From positions 992,001 through 1,056,000 of the forward strand of contig CP000066.1 in assembly GCA_000002445.1 (NCBI GenBank): DNA of 64,000 bases, read 5' to 3'. Below the pieces are notes generated by a model. It was not told the origin of the DNA. It saw nothing but the letters and a program-made list of their open reading frames with translations, and searched no databases. This DNA is from Trypanosoma brucei. Lineage: Eukaryota. Every line of letters starts with the position of its first letter. The first letter of the stretch is position 1. The position numbers and the translations under genes were made by a program. Shown here piece after piece: positions 20,934 through 30,895 of the stretch.

Positions 20934-21458
20934 GTGTTACTTCGGCCAGCACGCTGCCGCTTCCAAAGAGCTATGCCCATGCTGGTCCCTTCCAAACCCG
21001 TGTACGTGAAGTCCAAAGAAGAATATCAGATGGCGCTGCGCGGGAGTTTCTCCGCTCCCAAGTCTGAGTGGCCGCTACCTGCTGAAGTGAATATCAAGCC
21101 CTGCGTAGTTTCCGCTCCAGCATCCGTCCCAATGTGCGGGGGCGCAGGGTTCACCGAACCTTCTACAGTTTCCTCTTCTCCCTCAGCTTCGGCCTCATCC
21201 ACCATGTTTCCCGTGCGTCGTTTTCCCTCTGCGAGTGCTTTAACGGGAACGAACGGCCCTTTGCCGATGGTAAAGACGGCCGACAGTTTTGGAATGGTTG
21301 GAAACCGGATGCCTCCTGCATGGAAACCTTTAGCGCAGCCCATGACAAAGGGCGCTAAGAGAGGCAGGAAACCGGGAAGTAAAACGGTAAACAAAGTGGA
21401 CATGGCCGCGGGCACAAAACGACAGCGCGGGATAGAAAGTTTTCTCATCCGGAAATAA
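20934..21458 (+). CDS. small basic Ser/Pro-rich hypothetical protein ending in a PIP-box-like motif (QRGIESFL) with an AT-hook-like KRGRKPG; an alternative start is at 20973
   Basis: Coding-like GC-rich composition inside an otherwise low-complexity spacer. The C-terminal QxxIxxFL lies 4 residues from the stop, as in PAF15 and p21. See findings. Confidence 0.35.
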   Translation: MLLRPARCRFQRAMPMLVPSKPVYVKSKEEYQMALRGSFSAPKSEWPLPAEVNIKPCVVSAPASVPMCGGAGFTEPSTVSSSPSASASSTMFPVRRFPSASALTGTNGPLPMVKTADSFGMVGNRMPPAWKPLAQPMTKGAKRGRKPGSKTVNKVDMAAGTKRQRGIESFLIRK

Positions 21459-21540
21459 TACAAATCAATGTCTATTTGTGTACCGCTACTGTTCGAGAAT
21501 CTTTCTTTCTGTTTGATCGTTGATTTTCCTTCGTTACGGA

Positions 21541-21560
21541 CACACACACACACACACACA
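21541..21560. repeat. (CA)10 microsatellite
   Basis: Direct reading. Other (GT/TG)n-rich tracts are at 1081-1097, 24090-24150 and 25352-25396. Confidence 0.9.
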
Positions 21561-22520
21561 CCCATATATATAGTTCTCATATAAACAAGTGTGATTCGCA
21601 CTTTGGTGGAGGATTTGTTTTTTTTTTTTTCGAGAAACCAAATTTTCAGTGGTCTCTCAATTCTTGAGGGATAACCGAAATCAACAAAAAATACAAACTT
21701 ATATATCTGCGCGTAAATAAGCAGTTTTATAAATACGTACCCAGTGCTCTCGAAGTGGTTCTCTGTTTGTTGAGTGTTTCCCCTTATCAGTGAACATTCC
21801 CTCACACGATGTGTTTTTGCAGTAAAACAAAATGAGTAAGGAGGCTGTCAACCAAATACTGTGTGCGCGTTGATGGCGATGTATGTCAGTGCAAAGGGCG
21901 ACATTTTTGTATATGTTCGTGCAAACGACGTTACTTTTCTTTCTTTATTTTTGTTTGTTGGAGTTATAACTGTGCGAGTGGGTTGAGAGATTGCAGGGAG
22001 AATGCGAATGGATGATAATTTTGGCGTGAGTGGGACCGCACAGAAAGAGGTTAATTGGATGGAAGGCCCCAAAAAGTCTTCGTCGATTTGTGGGAAGCCT
22101 TCAGAGCATCTTTTTTTTTTGGTGTGCGCATGCTATCTTTTCACTGCTTCCTTATTGTGCGTGACGTGGACACGCCTATATACAGATATGCGCGCGTATG
22201 TCTGTATTATTAATTCTCTCTCCCTCCTAATCTTTCCAGTTGCCTCACTTTTCTCGCTATATGTAACTGGGTTCTTCATTTTGGAAGTCGGACTTTTTCT
22301 TTCTTTTTCGTTGGATTTTTTTTACCGTCCTTTGCCCTGGCCCGTGGAAGATGTGCAAATATCAAATAATTCTGGTGAGCTTGTGGCGTGTGTTTGCTTA
22401 AATGGGGGACACAGGTATTTGACTCACACGGAAAATAATTGCGCAGTAGTGGCTGTTCTACTGGTGACGCTCAAGTGAAGGTAAATGGATGAGCGTACGT
22501 GAACGCAAATAAATTAATAA

Positions 22521-22551
<31 letters not shown>

Positions 22552-22845
22552 ACGATAATAATAATGCTTTGGCGAATGCTTACACGCTCATGCACTGACC
22601 CTCAGTGGTATGATTTGGCTTTCCTTCACCCTCTTCTGATTTTTAGTACCGTCAACCTTCGGGTGCCCATCGAGAAGAAGCGCAGCCACGCGCCGGCGCG
22701 TACAAAGTAAGCACCCAACGCGCAGAAAAGGAAAAGGAGCGAGTCCTGAGGAACATTAGTCATAGCAATTGATTGGAAATTCAGTTTTAAGAGGAAGTGA
22801 GAAAAAGGAAACACTGAAGGAGCACAACAGGGACGCGAGTGAAAC

Positions 22846-23931
22846 ATGCCTTCATTTGTTCTCCACCCCGGATTTGCGGGACACAGTCTTCGGTGTAACC
22901 CATGGCAACCAACGCAATTCTTGGTGACGGCGTCAGAACATTTCGGTGTTGCTGGCAGCGGGAAGGTATATGTTGTGAACACCTCACAGGGGCTGCAACC
23001 ACATTCACCTGTGCAGCTTGTTGGTTGCTGGGGGACAAGTGACGCGGCTTTTGACGCTTGCTTCAGTGAGGTCGATCGTGACCTCGTGGCAGTGGCATGT
23101 GGAGACGGTGTGAAGTTGTATAGCCTCCAGCAGTCCTTCAACCGTGACGGGGTCATGCCGGTCGCACATTCAACAGAGCATCGCGCTGAAGTTGTTGGAG
23201 TTGCGTGGTGTCGTGATGCGTTTCTTTCCTGCAGTTGGGATGGGGCTGTGAAGCTCTGGAAGGCTGCGACTCCCCAGGTTTCTTTTATGACATTCCACGA
23301 ACACTTGAAAGAGGTTTATGAGGTGTCCTGCAGCACCTTTAACCCTGCGTCGTTTCTTTCATGCTCTGGGGACGGGACATGGAGGTTGTGGGACTCTCGT
23401 TCGCCACGGTCGGTTTTGACGCAAATTGGTCACGGGCACCAGCCCATCCTCAGTATTGATTTTAATAAGCAGGACAACAGTATCTTTGCTACTGGTGGTG
23501 TTGATCGCACAGTCCATTTGTGGGATGTGCGTCGACCGCAACGGCCCCTTACAGTGTTGCCCGGCCACGATAACGCGTGCCGACGGGTTCGCTTCTCCCC
23601 TCATTCGCGCACATTGCTCGCTTCCTCCGGCTACGACTGCCGTGTGTGCTTGTGGGACCTCAACCAACCACAGCGGCCGCTTACTGCCCGTTATGCCCAT
23701 CACCGGGAGTTTGTTGTTGGCCTCCAGTGGTCACTCGCTACTCCCAATGCATTAGCTTCCGTGTCATGGGACGGCAGCGCATTCTTTTGGACAAATGGCC
23801 AGCCGCTTACGCCGTCACCCTCTTCCCAACCGCTTCCACCTGCCATCCCACCGCCACGCGTTCGGCCTCCTCGCCCAAAAGGTGTCCCCGACATTTCTGC
23901 GCTCCCGCTTACCGTGCCCCCAGTCAGGTAG
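22846..23931 (+). CDS. PEX7: peroxin-7 (PEX7), the PTS2 receptor for glycosomal import; WD40 protein with a Pro-rich C-terminal extension
   Basis: The N-terminus AGHSLRCNPWQPTQFLVTASEHFGVAGSGKVYVV parallels the PEX7 N-terminus (HGYAAEFSP...AQHYGIAGCG). Multiple WD repeats (HLWDV, CLWDL, SWDG). Confidence 0.8.
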   Translation: MPSFVLHPGFAGHSLRCNPWQPTQFLVTASEHFGVAGSGKVYVVNTSQGLQPHSPVQLVGCWGTSDAAFDACFSEVDRDLVAVACGDGVKLYSLQQSFNRDGVMPVAHSTEHRAEVVGVAWCRDAFLSCSWDGAVKLWKAATPQVSFMTFHEHLKEVYEVSCSTFNPASFLSCSGDGTWRLWDSRSPRSVLTQIGHGHQPILSIDFNKQDNSIFATGGVDRTVHLWDVRRPQRPLTVLPGHDNACRRVRFSPHSRTLLASSGYDCRVCLWDLNQPQRPLTARYAHHREFVVGLQWSLATPNALASVSWDGSAFFWTNGQPLTPSPSSQPLPPAIPPPRVRPPRPKGVPDISALPLTVPPVR

Positions 23932-24723
23932 CTTGTGTGCAACAGCCGTCTTCAAGGGGTGAGGTGAGGAGGGATGAGGGGGAAAATAAAGAGAAGGGGA
24001 AGGGATATATTACTCCATAAAGTTTTAAAGATTCGAGCAGGTTTGATGCGCGCGGCGGGAAATCGTGCGTCGATATGAACAAAGTGTATTGCTGTGTGTT
24101 CTGTGTGTTCTGTGTGCATCTGTGTGTGTGTGTATGTGTGTGTGCGTTTTTGTGGATGGTTTAAGCATCTAAGACGTTGGAATGCGTAGGGTAACGTTCG
24201 TTTGGATTGGTATAGTGGGTCTAGTTCGGCCTCGTGTTGCGCGGCCCTAAATGGCCTCGGGTATCACACTACTCGGTATTGTTTTTTTTTCCCTCCCCTC
24301 TTGTGGTGCGTTGGCGGGAATGTATGTAGATGAGGCATGGGAGGGTATGTGTATGGCATTGCGGAATTCATGAACCGCTCAATATATACAATAAATGCGC
24401 ATACGTGATCATTAGGGGCTTCAACTTCTACGCAAAGTGCCGTACTTTATACATGGGAACGCCTACCTCTACCGCGTGCGTGTTTTCCTCGGCTTTCCTC
24501 ACGCCGAGCGCTTACTGGTGGCTGTTTATTGCTCCACGTTCAAATCGTTTGCTTCGGTACATTTCCTCTTTTTTTTTTCGGTCCTTTTTGTGCCCCGCAA
24601 GTCACAGCCTTTACGAGCGTAGCAGCATAATTAGGGAGAGGGAGGTAAGGGGAAAACGAAACACGGGGAGGAGGTTTGTGTAGAAGAAAAAGAAGGGGGT
24701 TGAGGGTGTAGTAACCGGACGAG

Positions 24724-25194
24724 ATGTCGACATTCCAACGCCGGAAGCGCGTGACCACAGCGCTTTCTGTCAATGTGCAGGATCGCCGTCACCACACGCG
24801 CACGCTGATGGAGACGCGCCAAAGGAAATCTGCGCTGTTAGCTCTGGACTCAGAGGAGGTTGTGCATCGCCTTCGGGCCATGCGCCCCCCTGAGGGTCTC
24901 TTGGACAGCGAATTTCCGAAGGCCGATGTGGAGGATTTTCAAAGTAGGGCTCGTAGTAGAGGGGGAGATAGCGCCTCGAATGAAGAGGGGAAAGAACTTC
25001 CACCGGTGCCGCCACCGCCCAGGACGTTCAAACAGTGGGCAGATAAGGGGTTCCCGACGACATCGTGGAGACCACTGCTCTCGGAGGAGTTGTATCACCC
25101 CCTTGAGGCACAGAAGATGATTTTAACTAACAAATACACGCCGTCTCAGAAATTGAAGTCAAAAATGAAGGATAACGCAGAGCCAGACTCCTGA
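24724..25194 (+). CDS. small hypothetical protein (156 aa), basic N-terminus
   Basis: ORF on the sense strand preceded by a polypyrimidine tract at 24540-24600. No domain recognised. Confidence 0.35.
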   Translation: MSTFQRRKRVTTALSVNVQDRRHHTRTLMETRQRKSALLALDSEEVVHRLRAMRPPEGLLDSEFPKADVEDFQSRARSRGGDSASNEEGKELPPVPPPPRTFKQWADKGFPTTSWRPLLSEELYHPLEAQKMILTNKYTPSQKLKSKMKDNAEPDS

Positions 25195-26361
25195 GTAAAC
25201 GCACACAAGTGTGTGGAAAGATGTTTCTCTACCTCTGTATTCATCGATGCGCAGGTGGCGCTCGCTCTCCCGCCGGCATGTCTCCCAGTATGATGCCAAT
25301 AGTTTGATGTTGGTTCTTCTTTCGTTAGGCTCGTGTGCGTGCATTGCTCACAGTGTGTGCGCATGTGCATGTGTGTGTGTGTGTGCGTGTGTGGAGTAAT
25401 TGAAGGAGGGGAAAAGGGATGCCGAATGTTTCCATGTGTTTATTTGTCTCCGTCTTCTCACTTTGAGGTTTACTTCCGGTCTTTCTTCCTCAATACGTCG
25501 AGTCTTCCCATCTTTTCTTATCAGTTGTGTATTCGTTTGTTTTTGTTGAAGTGCCTTCCTTTTGTTTGCATGAGAAAAAATAATCTGGTGACTCAGGCAT
25601 ATATACTAGTATATATATGTGTGTGTGCGCATGTCAGTTGCTACTTCCCTGTTGCTTCTCTGCAACGTAACGGAGTTCGGGCGCATTTCTTTTTTTTCTT
25701 TCTCTTTCTCTCTCTTTCTTTGCCTGCCTTTGCCTGCTATACCGCGTCATTCCCCTTCTTCGTATTTTGCACTACTAAACTTGGAATGTGCTCATCTTCT
25801 GCGAGCGGAATTTAGTTCCAACCAATGATGTGAAAATGTGTGTATTTGTACTTTCATTTTTGTTTTGTGACTTCACCGGTGGTTTCGGAAGCCTCTGCGT
25901 GCTTGCGCTTGCATGTATTAGTGTGTATCTGTCGGTGGCCCCGCCCATTGCCGAAACCTTACAATGAAAAGGAGGCGGAACAAGCGTGTTTGTTATGTGC
26001 ACACGGAAGGCTGAGGGGGTGGGGAATGACAGGTGTGTATTAGTCCTTGTCCATTAAAAGGTGCGCAGGATTTTTTGTGGTGTCAAATATTCGCATGGGG
26101 GGGGGGAGGAAAACATTTGCTATTAGTGCATGTGAGGCTGCTGATGTGAGGCGTGTGCCCATAATATATTTTCTCTTCCTTTTTTTCTTCTGTACATTCG
26201 AATATAACACCTGGTTGTACTTGTCGTCGTGCCCAGTTGATGGGCGATTAGGTGTTTTCATATTGCAGAACAAGCAAAGAAGCACGTAACCGATATAGTA
26301 CAATTTCAATTTATCGCTTGAGGGGACACATATACATATACATACAGTATCATCCCACTGA

Positions 26362-27186
26362 ATGTTGTTTCGTACGATTCGGCACTTTGACCTCCGCAGA
26401 CCGACTCTTATGGAATTGGTGAGGGAGCTTCGTTTCCGCACGGAGGCACCAATCGCCGACTGCTGCGCAGCGCTAAAGGAGGCAAATGAGAACATGGATA
26501 GGGCACTGGAAGTGCTTCGTAACAAGGGGCTCGCGAAGGCTGTAAAAAAGGGATCGCGTGTAACTGAGCATGGCAGTGTCGTAGCATGCGTGGGGGAAAC
26601 ATTTGGTGCCGCCATTGTGACTGTGTGTAGCGAGACGGACTTCGCGGCTCGCAGTCTCCAATTTCAGCGCGTGTGTGGGACCGTAATGGAAACGCTTCGC
26701 ACACAGATCATTTCCACGGAAGGAACGGCCCTTGATGACTGTGCTGCGGTTCATCGCCTTCTCACTGACGCTGCGGCGGAGCAGATTCAGGCAACCATTG
26801 CGGTGTTGGGTGAAAATGTCACCATCAAGTCGATCCAACCCTTGCGATTTGCTCCTCATGTTGCTGAGCACATTTCCATTGGTGCCTACACTCACGGGAC
26901 GCTTTCTGTACAGAATGTCGGCCGTGTTGCTGGTGTTGTCGCAGTGAGTCGTACTGACCCTTCAGCTCGAGTACCCGAGGAGAAACTAGTTGATGTGGCA
27001 CGGCATTTTGTGGCATGCAGCGGAGCGGAGGGAAGCTACGCCCACCAAAACTTTTTTGGAACAGAGGAAACCGTTGGGCAGTGGTTGAAGCGACACGGCC
27101 TTCGCTTCAGCAGCAGTTTAGTGGTGGATTTTGGCAAAGAGCCCATTATTCATACGGCCCCTCAGCCGGTGGCAGGAACAAAGTAA
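26362..27186 (+). CDS. elongation factor Ts (EF-Ts), presumably mitochondrial
   Basis: The N-terminal UBA-like EF-Ts signature LMELVRELRFRTEAPIADCCAALKEANENMDRALEVLRNKGLAKAVKKGSRVTEHG aligns with bacterial/mitochondrial EF-Ts ([20 protein letters not shown]...KAAKKAGRVAAEG). Confidence 0.8.
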   Translation: MLFRTIRHFDLRRPTLMELVRELRFRTEAPIADCCAALKEANENMDRALEVLRNKGLAKAVKKGSRVTEHGSVVACVGETFGAAIVTVCSETDFAARSLQFQRVCGTVMETLRTQIISTEGTALDDCAAVHRLLTDAAAEQIQATIAVLGENVTIKSIQPLRFAPHVAEHISIGAYTHGTLSVQNVGRVAGVVAVSRTDPSARVPEEKLVDVARHFVACSGAEGSYAHQNFFGTEETVGQWLKRHGLRFSSSLVVDFGKEPIIHTAPQPVAGTK

Positions 27187-28326
27187 CAACAAAATATATA
27201 TCAGGAGTAGTCCATGCCTTATCTTTCTTGTATTGAATGAAGAGAGAGGAAAAAAGGAGAACTGGTAGTTACAACTTTCGTTGTGACTCCCGCACCTATC
27301 GTTAGCATCGTTGGGGGTCTTGCAGTACAGTCGAGTTCCTACATTACGGGAGAGATAAATTTACTGGTGATAAGGAAGGTAGTGAAGATGCCCTTCGCCC
27401 GCCTCCCACGCAGAGGTGGAGAGGGATTGGGTTCGGTTGGGTGGATGTTTCAAAAACTTACTCTTTGCGACACTTATCCTAAGTGTGATGTGAAGCACAA
27501 GAATTATCATGGTTGCCGAATCTCACGTGAATATGGGTAAAGGCTTGACTATTCCTTTTGCATACTTTCCCCCCTCCCCCCGAAAAAAAGAAAACCTTTT
27601 CCGTCCTTATTTGGGCGCGGTGGCGGCAGGAGGCCTCGTGTGGGTTTAGTGCTGCTCAAGAGCAGAGTTGCGTACACGGACCTTCCATTTGTTGTGTTTT
27701 CCTACTTGTCGCTCCATCGCTGGTGGTGGTGACGGTGTGGTTTACCCATCTTTTCTCCCCTGGAGTGTTGGCTGTGCAGCCAGCTGTGGGGGTTGATTAT
27801 CACTTCAACGAATGGGGAACAAAGGAAGAATAAGAAAAAAAACACGAATATATATTTATATACGTATAAGGAAACGCACAAAGCAAAGCAATAATGCAAA
27901 TTAGGAGACATGGGGCCCCTACCTTCCAAGTGCTTTAGTCTCCACCTAATGCTGTGAAAAGCTACGCTAAACTCTTTTTCTTCTTTTTTTGTTTTTTTTC
28001 CCCTTATCTTTCCTTTTTGTATGATAACAGTTGCGTGGGCCCGGAGAGGTTGAGTGGGAGGGCGTTCCTTGAAGGGGAAAAAGAGCTGACAAAGCAATAC
28101 AAGCAAAGGAGGGAAGAAGAGCCAAAATAAGAGAAAAGAAGAGCGGCTCTACCCGAGGTGGAGTGACGCCGCTGTACACCACTGGATAAGTAAGAGGTGT
28201 GGGGCAAAGGGTGGGGGACACTGCTGTTTTTTACCCGTTGTTCTTTTCGGACACTCGTCTTTTAACACGTGCGGTGAACGAGCGCGATATTTGTAGCGGA
28301 TTCGTAAGGGGCACACGCAAAAAGGT

Positions 28327-30621
28327 GTGGAGTTGGGTGGAGTGGAAGGGGAGAGTGAGCTGAGGATGATTAGCTCCCATGATATTGAATTAGTTGGACG
28401 AGAAATTGCATCAGTGTCGTCAACATTCCCGAGATGTTTGGTCGTATATCCGTTGGGCAAGAAGAATAAGCAGCGATTAGGGATCGGTGAGAGGGATGGT
28501 GTTGTGTCCTCCTTTTCTGTGGGCAAAGGAAACGAGAGGTCGGTGGCTTTTAGTACGCCACCTCGGAGCCATCCAGTAAGCTGCATGACGCTGTATGATG
28601 ACCAAGTTTTCTTCGTGCATGGTAGTAAGTTGGTTGCGTACTCGAGAAAAGGTCGCGAGTTCTTTGCGTTTGATACAAATGTGACGGAGACGCCTCATAC
28701 TATCTTTGTGTCCACCCCTTTTATCATAATATGTGGAAGTTTCATGGTCACTGGATTTTGTGAAGCAACGGAGCTTGGCTTTTACATGGCCCCAGACCAC
28801 ATAAACGCTATGGTGGCGTTCATTGCACCCTCCGCACAGAAGCGATCTTCTGTTACTTTTAGTGACTATCGCTGTGTTATTGGATGTAGTGACCGTGTCG
28901 TTCGTATGCTGTGTGATAACAAACTTTTATCGGAGCTAAGCTGTGAGGCCGCAATCTCAGCATTGTGCGTGAGTGAAACGCAGAATGCAGTATACTATGG
29001 CACTGAGGCGGGCTCACTGGGTTGTCTGGACTTTTGTAAGAGTAACGTAATACTAACACGGGTTTTCAGTTATATCCCTAGCGACGCACAGCCGTCCGTA
29101 ACCGCATTGACGGTGCGTGACATCAACTCTGACTCGAAGGAGGAGGTGGTTGTTGGTAGGTTAGATGGCTCAGTGCAAGTCTTTTTAGTTGACAAGGGTG
29201 AGGAAAGCGACGAGCTGACACCGGTCTGCATTTGGTCAGGCTGCGTTGATGGTCGTGTGCTTACCATAGAGACTGGTTTCGTGACACATTCTCAGATGCT
29301 TGACGTGATTGTTCACTCTTTCAGTGGGAAAATCACTGCCTTCACAGTTAAGGAGGTGGAGCGTGTTCCGAAAGGAGAAACAGTACCTATGGAACTAATC
29401 GAGGACTCCGTTGACGAACAAATTGAGGCTATGGAGAGGGAGATTGAGAGGCTCAGAAAAGAGCTAATGGATACTACGCAAGAGCTGGCGAGGTGCACGG
29501 GTTCAACTGTCGTCAATGCCCCTGTATTGGCTGTTTCCTCCACCTTCACTTCGAAGTGTACAATATCCCAACAGGCGGAATCTCCGGCGCTTTTGTTGAC
29601 GATCGAGTCCGACACCCCGCTAGACAATATCGTCCTGCATAGTGACGTCGAGTTGCACTTTCTTCAGTCGGTGGGGGTTACAATGGTTGAACAGGCAGTT
29701 GGACCCGAAAATAATCCATGCGGAGTAACCCGGGCTATTCTTCGACCGCTGCGGGAACACATGTACGGCTGCTCGGTCAGGTTTTGGTTGGAAGACGGAC
29801 GGCTGGGTGCCGTAAAACTCACTCTTTTGGCCGCCCCGGCACCCCGGACAGCGCAAGTAAAGACTGTTATGCTGAGACCACTACCGCTCTTTTCGCGCGT
29901 CGGTTGTAGTGATGTTGCTGACGACAATGATCATGATAGTGTGGAGGTTACGGACCCTTCGGCTGCTCAATCCGTGCTGGAGGTGGAGGGTGACTTCACC
30001 GCAAGGGACATGCATAGCTGGCTGCAGCGGATGCTCCCAGGGACACCCGAGTTATATCGGGCAAATCAGGCAACACTACACTACGAAAACGTCTTTTTTC
30101 ACAGCATCATCAAAGTAGAGTATGGTGACAGGCGTGCGGCATTCTTTACTGGTTCATTGGTTGCGTTGTCCGCCATCAAATGCTTTTTGACGAGCTGCGG
30201 ATTGGAGCGGTCCTTAGAGGTGAAGGTTGTCGTGTCCCTCCACGATAACGCATTGCAATGTGAGCTACAACATATAGCAACGCGTATTGCTGCTTGTAAT
30301 AAGGTTGTCAGTGATGTCCAGTTAATTGAAGCCATTCGTGAGATGCAAGGCGACTGCGAAGGGTGCGACATGAGTTTTCTATTGGAGGAGCGCAATCGAC
30401 TTCTCGCTGAGCCTGAGGTTGTTGGGAAGGATCGCTCACGGGCCTTGCAGAATAAGGAGTACTTGCAGCGTTTCCTCCTACGCCTGTATAACGGTGCATC
30501 AGACATAATGCCCCGCCCACCCAAAGCCACATCCGCTGTAGGAGAGGCGCTAGGGGCGGCCTGCAACTGCGGGGATGCCACTGCGCTATTGGCGGAGCTT
30601 CGGCGTATTTTTCGTTGTTAA
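28327..30621 (+). CDS. BBS7: Bardet-Biedl syndrome protein 7 (BBSome subunit BBS7); the true start may be Met at 28366
   Basis: Blocks GERDGVVSSFSVGKGNERSVAF, YSRKGREFFAFDTNVTETPHTIFVS and GCSDRVVRMLCDNKLL line up with human BBS7 ([62 protein letters not shown]). Length and beta-propeller plus coiled-coil layout fit. Confidence 0.7.
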   Translation: MELGGVEGESELRMISSHDIELVGREIASVSSTFPRCLVVYPLGKKNKQRLGIGERDGVVSSFSVGKGNERSVAFSTPPRSHPVSCMTLYDDQVFFVHGSKLVAYSRKGREFFAFDTNVTETPHTIFVSTPFIIICGSFMVTGFCEATELGFYMAPDHINAMVAFIAPSAQKRSSVTFSDYRCVIGCSDRVVRMLCDNKLLSELSCEAAISALCVSETQNAVYYGTEAGSLGCLDFCKSNVILTRVFSYIPSDAQPSVTALTVRDINSDSKEEVVVGRLDGSVQVFLVDKGEESDELTPVCIWSGCVDGRVLTIETGFVTHSQMLDVIVHSFSGKITAFTVKEVERVPKGETVPMELIEDSVDEQIEAMEREIERLRKELMDTTQELARCTGSTVVNAPVLAVSSTFTSKCTISQQAESPALLLTIESDTPLDNIVLHSDVELHFLQSVGVTMVEQAVGPENNPCGVTRAILRPLREHMYGCSVRFWLEDGRLGAVKLTLLAAPAPRTAQVKTVMLRPLPLFSRVGCSDVADDNDHDSVEVTDPSAAQSVLEVEGDFTARDMHSWLQRMLPGTPELYRANQATLHYENVFFHSIIKVEYGDRRAAFFTGSLVALSAIKCFLTSCGLERSLEVKVVVSLHDNALQCELQHIATRIAACNKVVSDVQLIEAIREMQGDCEGCDMSFLLEERNRLLAEPEVVGKDRSRALQNKEYLQRFLLRLYNGASDIMPRPPKATSAVGEALGAACNCGDATALLAELRRIFRC

Positions 30622-30824
30622 GCTGGAGGTATGTGTGGCTGGCGTCATCGTGTGGCGTGTGTGTGTGTTGACCACGGACGTGCTCTGCACGATCCTTCTC
30701 CCTCCCTATGAAGAATGTCATGCCTCATATGGATTGTGTTTGTTATGGGGGATTTCTCTCATGTTTTTTTTACTACATCCCCTTGAATTCTTTCTCTTCC
30801 TCTCCTTGTTTTACCCCTGTTTGA

Positions 30825-30850
30825 TATATATATATATATATATATATATA
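30825..30850. repeat. (TA)13 microsatellite
   Basis: Direct reading. Similar (TA/AT)n tracts occur at 12615-12634, 14074-14090, 20817-20834, 22525-22550, 40843-40865, 56461-56482, 58195-58214 and 63950-63967. Confidence 0.9.
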
Positions 30851-30895
30851 CGCATTGCCACTGCGCCAGCACTTTCTTTGTGTATCGAGGCGTTG

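Noticed and set aside
21026-21805. 259-aa minus-strand ORF, plus other antisense ORFs (3280-3954, 15821-16498, 18575-19144, 26040-26615, 40368-40787, 46232-46642 and others)
   Set aside because: They overlap sense-strand genes with strong identities (GRP94, ABCA and others) or cross microsatellites. Antisense ORFs of this size are expected by chance in GC-balanced coding DNA.
22002-22478. 158-aa + strand ORF upstream of PEX7
   Set aside because: It spans the polypyrimidine tract and leader of PEX7. The composition is Phe/Leu/Ser-rich and low-complexity, as expected from C/T-rich DNA, and there is no domain.
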